Part shown: one piece after another, positions 16,852-24,511 of the stretch | How positions within the stretch are numbered: the first letter of the stretch is position 1 | How the letters are laid out: every line of letters begins with the position of its first letter | DNA from: Promethearchaeota archaeon | GTDB lineage: Archaea > Asgardarchaeota > Lokiarchaeia > Sigyniarchaeales > SOKP01 | Direction of reading: 5' to 3' | Assembly (NCBI GenBank): GCA_030606485.1 | Contig: JAUWGH010000008.1 | Location: 184,259-216,258 of the forward strand | Length of the DNA: 32,000 nucleotides | Program-made: the position numbers and the translations under genes | Notes under the pieces: generated by a model | Seen by the model: only the letters and a program-made list of their open reading frames with translations | What the model was told of the DNA's origin: nothing | The model's database searches: none

Positions 16852-18603
16852 TTATAGAAAAGGTTTCCACTTATTTTGATATTCCAGAATTGGTAGATTT
16901 AGTAGGGATTCTTCACTCAATTCTACATCACTTCTAACATACAACCCTTCATAAATCCTTATATAATTAACCTTAAACTCCTCACGGTTTTTTAATTCTT
17001 GTTCCCAAATTTTAATTCCGTCCACATCATAGAAAAAATCAGGTCTTATGTTTAAAACATAATCTACTCTTAGAGTATAATTCTCTTGTAAACTTTGATT
17101 CTCTACAACATTTTTATCCGTTAAAATATAACCAAACTCGTATATATCACATTTTGAAAAAAAAGGAATTGTTCCTGCGAAGTCATCAATTGCAATTGTT
17201 GAATTGGGATAATATTTATCAATCCACGAACAAATTTGGATATTTTTTTGCATGCGAAAATAATAAAAATTTAGAAATGACGAATTTTGGTTAAATCTAC
17301 CTAAAGAATCCATTATTATTGGACTAAACAAAAATAGACTCAGGATTCCGAATACTGTGATTTTAACTTGAGAGAGACTTAGAAATATTATATTTTCTCT
17401 CAGATCTTTCTTATTTAAAATTGTTCTTATACCAATATTTAGACGGAATTTATTCCTTAATTTTTGGATTTTTTTATTTAAAAAATTAAATTCATTAAAT
17501 ATTTTATTCCATATTAATTTTCGATTTATTTTCCTGCTTGAATAATTGAATAGTGGTTCAGAACAATATATAAATATTATTAGAAGTCCGGGCAGATACA
17601 ACCTGAACCCAATCATCCAATCTCCGGTAAGAATTGCAATAAAAAAAATAAAAAAAACTATTGAAAAAAGATAAAACCTTGAAAAAACTATCCTTTTTCC
17701 TAGAAATTTTAGTTCAAATATTAATTTTATAAACGCAATTATAATGAACAAACAAATATACGGAAATAATTTCATAAAATCATTAATAAAATTATATGGA
17801 AGTTGAAGTGGATTTGAAGCTTTTATATGAAATGAAAGTGGAAAAATTTCACCAAAATATAAAATTCTCCAAAGTGTGTAAATAAAATAAATTCCACCTA
17901 CAATTAGGATTAAAATCAAATTTAAGAAAAAATATTCATGTTTTTCTTTATTAACACTTCTTTTATGCCTATATTTTAAAAGACCAAAAGCTAAAAATAA
18001 TTGACTTATTAAATAAATGAAAATACCCTCAATTCTGGTCAATGCGCTCCCAATAAATCCTATTATTAAAAATATAAATGCAGTTCTTTTTTTTTTTAAT
18101 TCCAATTCTTCTATATGCAAATGTAGAAAAGATCCAATTGAAATTAAAATGAAAAAAATATATAATTGCGTTTCTAACCCAGCTATCGCCCAAATTCCAT
18201 AAAATGGAAGAATTGCAGTAAAGAATACCGGAATTATACTACATCTCTTATCTTTATTAAAATATTTTGGTATATGGTAAATCTGAAGTAAATTTATTAT
18301 GCTTAATATCATTCCAAATATTTTCATAGAAATTAAAGGATCAAAATTTAATTTGATAAATAAACTCGCGATAATTATCCACAGAAAATTTGAATATGCC
18401 TCAACTGGTTTTCCCTCCTTGTTAAAAAAAATTGAACCATTTTTAGCCAAATTTTGAGAATAATGAAACGAAATATATGCATCATCGATAAAAAAATCAA
18501 AATAATACAACTCATAATACAATAAGATAAAAATTGAGATGGATCCCAAAATAATGTCAATCAATATTTTACTATTTAGTTTCCTATTTTGCATTTTATT
18601 CAC
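16852..18603 (-). CDS. GT-C fold membrane glycosyltransferase (ArnT/PMT-like)
   Basis: DDAYISFHYSQNL...VEAYSNFLW, GLETQL and RIEG motifs; many TM segments plus a soluble C-terminal domain. Confidence 0.8.
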   Translation of the reverse strand: MNKMQNRKLNSKILIDIILGSISIFILLYYELYYFDFFIDDAYISFHYSQNLAKNGSIFFNKEGKPVEAYSNFLWIIIASLFIKLNFDPLISMKIFGMILSIINLLQIYHIPKYFNKDKRCSIIPVFFTAILPFYGIWAIAGLETQLYIFFILISIGSFLHLHIEELELKKKRTAFIFLIIGFIGSALTRIEGIFIYLISQLFLAFGLLKYRHKRSVNKEKHEYFFLNLILILIVGGIYFIYTLWRILYFGEIFPLSFHIKASNPLQLPYNFINDFMKLFPYICLFIIIAFIKLIFELKFLGKRIVFSRFYLFSIVFFIFFIAILTGDWMIGFRLYLPGLLIIFIYCSEPLFNYSSRKINRKLIWNKIFNEFNFLNKKIQKLRNKFRLNIGIRTILNKKDLRENIIFLSLSQVKITVFGILSLFLFSPIIMDSLGRFNQNSSFLNFYYFRMQKNIQICSWIDKYYPNSTIAIDDFAGTIPFFSKCDIYEFGYILTDKNVVENQSLQENYTLRVDYVLNIRPDFFYDVDGIKIWEQELKNREEFKVNYIRIYEGLYVRSDVELSEESLLNLPILEYQNKWKPFL

Positions 18604-18780
18604 GTAAAAATTGCTAAGAATCTATAGATTTTCTTCCTTGGTAGCCATTTTATATTTTTAGTTATTATTTTACTTCTTTTTCCATCTTCATTTATTTATC
18701 CTAAAAATATAAAATTTAAGATTTATTCTTAAGATTATTATTTTATTAATTTTGAAATTTAAATCAAAACAAAAAAATCA

Positions 18781-19272
18781 ATGTCTCCAGATAAAGATAA
18801 AGGTAAAACAAATCAAAATCGAATTTCCAAAGACCAATATTTTATGGAAATTGCAGAACTCGTATCAAAAAGGTCTACATGTATTAAAAGAAAAGTAGGT
18901 GCCATATTAATTAAAGATAATCATATTCTTTCTACCGGATATAATGGCGCTCCATCTGGATTTGCTCATTGTACTGCCCAAACATGTGTTAGACAAAATC
19001 TAAAACCTGGAGAACACCCAGAATTGTGTAGAGGGGTGCATGCCGAAGCTAATTGTATAATTCAAGCCGCACTTCATGGAACATCAATTGATGGAAATAC
19101 CACATTATATTGTACAACGTTTCCTTGTATGTCTTGTTTAAAATTGCTAATGAATGCAAAAGTAAATAGAATTGTATATAAAGAGGGTTATTTTATGGAG
19201 AACAAAGTAAAACAAGATTTGGTAGATGAATCAAAAATGAAAATTGAGCAATTTTCTGTTAAAACAACTTAA
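18781..19272 (+). CDS. dCMP deaminase / cytidine deaminase family protein
   Basis: [24 protein letters not shown] and PCMSC Zn-deaminase motifs. Confidence 0.93.
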   Translation: MSPDKDKGKTNQNRISKDQYFMEIAELVSKRSTCIKRKVGAILIKDNHILSTGYNGAPSGFAHCTAQTCVRQNLKPGEHPELCRGVHAEANCIIQAALHGTSIDGNTTLYCTTFPCMSCLKLLMNAKVNRIVYKEGYFMENKVKQDLVDESKMKIEQFSVKTT

Positions 19273-19501
19273 TTTTTTTCTAATTGACTAACCGATTAAC
19301 TATTAGATCTTTAAAAGATTTCAGGTCTTTCCAAGAAGTTGTACACCGAATATTGTTTCCCTTTTCGCTTATTTTGGTTAAACCTTTTTTGGTAACTTCA
19401 ATTTTTAATTTTTCAATTTTGATTAGTATTACTACTTTATAAATAAGTATGAATTCATTTTTTTAAGCACGAATAACTTAATAATAAATTTTCTGATCAT
19501 A

Positions 19502-20110
19502 ATGGAGAAATACCTAATTAAACCAGTCGGAATAGTAAAGAGTAACCGAAAAAAAGTTTGTTTAGCCAATGAAAATAACGACTTAAAACTTGATATTGAT
19601 CTAGCATTAAAACAACATATCGAAATGAACATATCTGAAATCATTATCGATAAAGAATATGAAGAATGTCTAGAAGGTATAGAGGATTTTTCACACCTTA
19701 TTGTGTTTTTCTGGACGCATCTCATTTCTGAGAAAGCTCGTCAAATTAAAAAAGTACATCCTGCTGGGATTAAAAAATGTCCTTTTAAAGGAATTTTTGC
19801 AACTCGATCTCCAGTAAGACCCAACCCAATTTGTCAAATAACAGTTAGACTTTTAGAAAGGAAAGGCAACGTATTAATAGTAGAAGATTTAGATGCCATT
19901 AATGGCACACCTATAATTGATATAAAACCCCACTTAACATTTTGGGATTCTCCTCTCGATGTTAAATTAGCTGATTGGGTTTATAAATTAATGGATTATT
20001 TAATTGAAAAAGGGGGATCTCCAAATTTACAAGGGCATTTTAACTCGCATTCGCATGACATTCGCTCACACCCCTGCTTGCATTCACATTCCAATTCACA
20101 TTCACATTAA
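19502..20110 (+). CDS. trmO: TrmO/TsaA-family SAM-binding protein (tRNA m6t6A37 methyltransferase-like) with His-rich tail
   Basis: FSHLIVFFW, GIFATRSPVRPNPI and LDAINGTPIIDIKP motifs. Confidence 0.85.
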   Translation: MEKYLIKPVGIVKSNRKKVCLANENNDLKLDIDLALKQHIEMNISEIIIDKEYEECLEGIEDFSHLIVFFWTHLISEKARQIKKVHPAGIKKCPFKGIFATRSPVRPNPICQITVRLLERKGNVLIVEDLDAINGTPIIDIKPHLTFWDSPLDVKLADWVYKLMDYLIEKGGSPNLQGHFNSHSHDIRSHPCLHSHSNSHSH

Positions 20111-20176
20111 CAATTGGAAATAATCCTTTAAACCCTTTCGTGGTGAAATAACACCATTAGAGCTCTTAATAATATT

Positions 20177-20587
20177 TTAAAAATTATATAGTTCTACTCG
20201 CAAATTTCGGATCTTTGGTAAATTTTTCTCGGTCGTGTGAAGTTTTGCCTTCAGCTTTATCGCAACTGCAATCGCAATACAGTCATTATAGGATAATTTG
20301 GTGCGATATTGGCATTTTAAACGGCCAGCATCTAAAATTAAATCGGGTGTTAATGCAATGAATTGAGCATTGATATCATATTGAAAGTTAATAATACAGT
20401 TTATGGCATGATCTTTCCCTTCAGTTACACAAAGATGTTTAAAAACTTCCACTAATATAATACTAGGTACAAACGCAGAAATTTTCTGTTCTTGAATGTT
20501 TTGAATTAATGCTTCTACTTTTTTAGGAGGAAATTTTCGGTAATAAAGATAAATAGGGCCAGCATCTAAGCACGCACGAGGAGGCAT
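20177..20587 (-). CDS. vapC: PIN-domain (VapC-like) toxin
   Basis: LDAG, LVEV, LSYNDCIAIA and LHTTE PIN motifs. Abuts an AbrB gene. Confidence 0.88.
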   Translation of the reverse strand: MPPRACLDAGPIYLYYRKFPPKKVEALIQNIQEQKISAFVPSIILVEVFKHLCVTEGKDHAINCIINFQYDINAQFIALTPDLILDAGRLKCQYRTKLSYNDCIAIAVAIKLKAKLHTTEKNLPKIRNLRVELYNF

Positions 20588-20836
20588 CTATCTTTCTAAC
20601 TCCATATCTTCCTTACGGGATTGTCTAAAAATTTCACGAGATTCTTCTACGGTAAACGCTTTATTTCTTAAAGATTCTATAGGTTCAATAGGTATGAGTT
20701 GTATTCCCTTATTTTCATCTTCTTTTACCAAAATATAATCACCATCATTGATATTATATTTTTTTCTTATTGCAGCGGGAATAGAAATCATACCCTTATT
20801 AGTAACTTTTACAAGTTTTTCTACCATTTTATTCAC
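20588..20836 (-). CDS. vapB: AbrB/MazE/SpoVT-family antitoxin
   Basis: VKVTNKGMISIPAAIRKKYNINDGD AbrB motif directly upstream of the PIN gene. Confidence 0.9.
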   Translation of the reverse strand: MNKMVEKLVKVTNKGMISIPAAIRKKYNINDGDYILVKEDENKGIQLIPIEPIESLRNKAFTVEESREIFRQSRKEDMELER

Positions 20837-20880
20837 TAAGTAAAATTAAAGATCCTTAGTATTTATATTTATTCTTAGTA
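20835..20880. promoter_or_regulatory. Autoregulatory operator candidates around the vapBC promoter
   Basis: ACTAAG (20835) / CTTAGT (20855) inverted pair, plus a second CTTAGTA (20874), flanking a minus-strand TATA-like AAATATAAAT. Confidence 0.45.
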
Positions 20881-20923
20881 ATCTTTAAAAAATAGGTTTG
20901 AAAATAGAAATAAGAGATAAGAT

Positions 20924-21049
20924 TGCAAATTCATCTAAAAGAAATTATGGTGCATAAAGTTGAAGCTCATCTTTAATAATTAATTCAGCAGTTAATAAGT
21001 CTTTAATTAATGCTGCAAATAATATATTAGCGCCAAGTACCAATCTCAC
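20924..21049 (-). pseudogene. Decayed PIN/VapC toxin (N-terminal remnant; not in ORF track)
   Basis: GTG start overlapping the upstream TAG. VRLVLGANILFAALIKDLLTAELIIKDELQLYAP*FLLDEFA: the catalytic D of V.DAN is changed to G, with a stop at 20945-20947. Confidence 0.75.
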
Positions 21050-21276
21050 TAATGATCCCCTTTACATCGTTTAGCCAAAAGTTTGCTTACTTCTCGTCCC
21101 AACATTTCTGCGTCTTTAGGTGAAATATCACTATTCACTCTAAAACCTTTTAAAAAATTAAGATCTGCTATTTTTTGTCTCATTGATGCCCTTGCAATCT
21201 CCGACCAATTAATTTCTGGGAATTTATCTATTTCTTTCTTTAGATCATCAGGGATTGAAAAAGTAAAATTCGTCAT
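21049..21276 (-). CDS. RHH/CopG-type VapB-like antitoxin (now orphan)
   Basis: MTNFTFSIPDDLKKEIDKFPEINWSEIARASMRQKI is typical of archaeal RHH antitoxins. Confidence 0.8.
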   Translation of the reverse strand: MTNFTFSIPDDLKKEIDKFPEINWSEIARASMRQKIADLNFLKGFRVNSDISPKDAEMLGREVSKLLAKRCKGDH

Positions 21277-21312
21277 TTTAAAACCTCTTTCATGTTTTTT
21301 TAATATTTATTT

Positions 21313-21338
21313 ACATATAAATATGTGAAAATATGTGA
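21313..21338. promoter_or_regulatory. Operator candidate upstream of the RHH antitoxin
   Basis: ACATAT-AA-ATATGT inverted repeat, plus ATATGTGA direct repeat with 10-bp spacing. Confidence 0.45.
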
Positions 21339-21473
21339 GTTTAAATTTTTGTAATATTTTAATATAAGATTAGGAGGTAGAAAGTGGAGCCACTCTTGAA
21401 GAAAAAACATTAAGCATAAGGAATACGATCAAGGTTTGGTAATGCACTTCCTTTTTTATGTATAAATAAAGAA

Positions 21474-22736
21474 TTAAAAGAAATTTTGAAATTTATTATT
21501 TGCAATATTTTTTCTGTCTTGAACTCTCTCTTCCTTACTTTTATTCATTTTGAGTGCATTATTACAAATTTCTTTTCCAATAATTACTGAAGGATTAGTC
21601 GCCCAATTCACATTAATCATCATACAAAAGAAATATACACTCGTTTGAATAAATGATATTAACTCTGTGATTGATTTAAGATATACATCTTTACTTGATA
21701 TTTTTGCCGAAGGGACATCTTTTTCAATTAATGCTTGAAATGTAGCATCAGCTTGAAAATTAATTATTTCTTCAGCCGATTTTCCATTAATAAAATCTAT
21801 TTTCGAACTTAAACTATAATCATGTTTTTCTTCATCAGTCGTCCATAGAATCGGGCTTACAGAACCGGAGCTTCCTCCTAGAAGAAATTCAAGGATTGAA
21901 TGTTGGCACAATGGTGCTGGCTGATAAGTTCCTATCAAACCTTTCCCATCTTTACCGCTACTTTCGCTCAATCCTTGAACAAATAAACCAGTCATATATT
22001 CTAAATCTTTAAAGTAGGGCATAGAAAATATGTTATGATAACCCTTTAAATAGAGATTATATAAAAAAGTTGCTAATTCTAATGCATAATTTCGATTATC
22101 AGAATTATTTGCAATATTCTCTAAATCCATAAAATGAGAATAGCCATAGTCTAGGTATTTTAAAAATGCATTAATATCAATTCCTGCAATATATGCAGGA
22201 GCAAGAGCTACATTTGTAATTGAAGCAGCGAATCTCCCTGAAAGATCTGGAGCATCTAAAATTGAGCAACCTATTTCTTTTAAAATTTCATTCATAGGTC
22301 CTCTGGAAGATATACCGAGAAAAGGAAAATTTTTTTGAAGAAATAATTCAAGTGTGGAATTGATATCTAATGTTTTTCCACCGCGAGAAATAGGAATTAC
22401 AAGAGAATTATTTTCATTGCAAAATTTTAAACAATTATTAATCTCACTTGGTCTTGAACTTGTAATTGGGAAAATCTTTTTCTCTGTAAGATGGCTCAAG
22501 CATAATAATGTTTGAATTGAACCCCCAGTTCCTAAGATAATTAAATTTCTAATATTCTCATTATTTTTATAACCTTCACAAATCTTTTCTATGTGTTTTA
22601 AATCTACAAAATCGGAAGTATTTATAAAAAAAGGCTCATCCCAATTATGCTTATTTTTTGAAATAAGTTCCTTTGCTTCTAATAATTTATCTATTGATAA
22701 TTGTGGATAATATTCAAAATTTAAATTAAGATCCAA
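21474..22736 (-). CDS. pgi: Glucose-6-phosphate isomerase family (SIS-domain) protein
   Basis: GTGGS, SGRF, SESSGK, QHS and IIGK correspond to PGI catalytic R/E/H/K positions. Sequence is divergent. RBS GGTG 7 nt before TTG. Confidence 0.75.
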   Translation of the reverse strand: MDLNLNFEYYPQLSIDKLLEAKELISKNKHNWDEPFFINTSDFVDLKHIEKICEGYKNNENIRNLIILGTGGSIQTLLCLSHLTEKKIFPITSSRPSEINNCLKFCNENNSLVIPISRGGKTLDINSTLELFLQKNFPFLGISSRGPMNEILKEIGCSILDAPDLSGRFAASITNVALAPAYIAGIDINAFLKYLDYGYSHFMDLENIANNSDNRNYALELATFLYNLYLKGYHNIFSMPYFKDLEYMTGLFVQGLSESSGKDGKGLIGTYQPAPLCQHSILEFLLGGSSGSVSPILWTTDEEKHDYSLSSKIDFINGKSAEEIINFQADATFQALIEKDVPSAKISSKDVYLKSITELISFIQTSVYFFCMMINVNWATNPSVIIGKEICNNALKMNKSKEERVQDRKNIANNKFQNFF

Positions 22737-22874
22737 ATAACTACACCTAAAAATTTTATATTTTTATCTATAATATTATAATAGTAAAAAAAAGAAGATT
22801 AATAAATCCATTAAAAACTTTTTTTAATTATATATTTATTATATGTTATATACAGATAAAAACTGAGAATAACG

Positions 22875-23237
22875 ATGAGTGAAGAACAACTCCAATATTT
22901 GTTGACAAATTTAGTGGAGAATGTTGATGGACTCCTATCAACTGCATTAATAAGTACAGAAGGATTAATTGTCCAATCTATATTAGAGGAAGAGGTTTCA
23001 GAATTAAAAATTGCGGCTATGAGTGCAACTATTCTGTCCACATGCGAACGTGTCCTTTTAGAATTAAAACAAGGAGAATTAGATATTTGTGTAATTCAAG
23101 GAAATGAAGGAAATTTCATAATTATGAGTGCTGGAGAATCACTTATTTTGGTCACTGTCCTCGCAATGGATGCTAGAATGGATATATGTTTTATTGAAAT
23201 GAGAAAAATTACTAATCAAATAAAAAACCTCTCTTAA
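22875..23237 (+). CDS. Roadblock/LC7 (MglB-like) domain protein
   Basis: VDGLLSTALISTEGLIVQS...KIAAMSATIL...ELKQGEL...QGNEG...LILVTV pattern. Confidence 0.9.
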   Translation: MSEEQLQYLLTNLVENVDGLLSTALISTEGLIVQSILEEEVSELKIAAMSATILSTCERVLLELKQGELDICVIQGNEGNFIIMSAGESLILVTVLAMDARMDICFIEMRKITNQIKNLS

Positions 23238-23405
23238 GCCAATAAAGCAATTTATTTTAAATAAATAAAAGAAAAATTGTTCTACTCTAAAAATTAAAAT
23301 AGATTTATTTCTTTTAGATAAAAATCATAAATTTTTCACTCTACTGATTTTTTTATAATTTTTATTCTTTTATTTCTATTATTCATAAAAATTATGTGAT
23401 TTATC

Positions 23406-24494
23406 TTGGCAAAAAGCACAACTAAAAAAGTTGCTACTAAAAATGAAGGAACTGACGACATATTGGAGATCGAATTGGAAGATATAATAAACGAAGAGGA
23501 ATTAAACGATGATGAAATATTGGATGAAGAAGAGATTACTGAAGTAGGTGATGATTTTTATGGAGATATTAAAAGTCTTCCAGGTGTTGGACCTGCCACT
23601 AGAAAAAAATTAATTGAAGGAGGATTTACATCTTTAAAATCAATAGCTTTTAGTTCTCCAAGATTAATTCAAGAAGAAAGTGGATTAGGCGAAAAAACAG
23701 TAGCAAAATTAGTTAAAGCAGCGATGGAGATTTTACATATTGGATTTAAATCTGCTGATGCTATCTGGGAAAAAAGAAAGAAAATTGTAAGAATCACTAC
23801 CGGAAGCCAGGAGTTAGATGACGCATTAAACGGAGGTATAGAAACTGGTTCCTTAACTGAATTTTATGGTGAATATCGTACCGGTAAAACTCAAATTATG
23901 CATCAATTATGTGTTAATATTCAATTGCCCAAATCAAAGGGTGGTCTTAATGCAAAAGCATTATATATTGATACTGAAGGGACTTTTAGACCTGAAAGAA
24001 TTATATCTATGGCAGAAGGATTAGATTTAGATCATAAAAAAATATTGAAGAATATAGTTTATGCTCGTGCGTATAATTCCGATCATCAAATGATGCTTGC
24101 AAAAGATGCTTCTCGTTTAGCTGTTGAGGAAAATATCAAATTAATTGTAGTAGATTCATTAATTGGACATTTTCGGAGTGAATATATTGGAAGAGGGACT
24201 TTAGCGGATCGTCAACAAACATTAAATTCACATTTACATGATTTATTGCGACTTTCTGAACTTCATGAATTGGCAGTATGCGTAACAAATCAAGTTCAAT
24301 CAGACCCAGGTGTATTTTATGGTAATCCAACAAGAGCTACCGGTGGAAATATTGTGGCTCATGGCTCTACTATAAGAATCTATCTAAGAAAAGGTAAAGG
24401 GGATCAAAGAGTTGCTAAAATTGTTGATGCACCACATTTGCCGGAGGCTGAAGCAATATTCTTAATCACAGAAGAAGGAATAAAAGGCCTATAA
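23406..24494 (+). CDS. radA: DNA repair and recombination protein RadA, with acidic N-terminal extension
   Basis: HhH LPGVGP, Walker A GEYRTGKTQ, YIDTEGTFRPER, Walker B LIVVDS, TNQV and GGNIVAH motifs. Confidence 0.97.
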   Translation: MAKSTTKKVATKNEGTDDILEIELEDIINEEELNDDEILDEEEITEVGDDFYGDIKSLPGVGPATRKKLIEGGFTSLKSIAFSSPRLIQEESGLGEKTVAKLVKAAMEILHIGFKSADAIWEKRKKIVRITTGSQELDDALNGGIETGSLTEFYGEYRTGKTQIMHQLCVNIQLPKSKGGLNAKALYIDTEGTFRPERIISMAEGLDLDHKKILKNIVYARAYNSDHQMMLAKDASRLAVEENIKLIVVDSLIGHFRSEYIGRGTLADRQQTLNSHLHDLLRLSELHELAVCVTNQVQSDPGVFYGNPTRATGGNIVAHGSTIRIYLRKGKGDQRVAKIVDAPHLPEAEAIFLITEEGIKGL

Positions 24495-24511
24495 CTTCTT
24501 TTAATATTCTC

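Noticed and set aside
18017-19725. ORFs at 18017, 18375 and 19432
   Set aside because: Overlap the GT-C or trmO genes; no protein-like features.
21083-24333. ORFs at 21083, 22811 and 24136
   Set aside because: Antisense to the RHH antitoxin, roadblock and radA genes.
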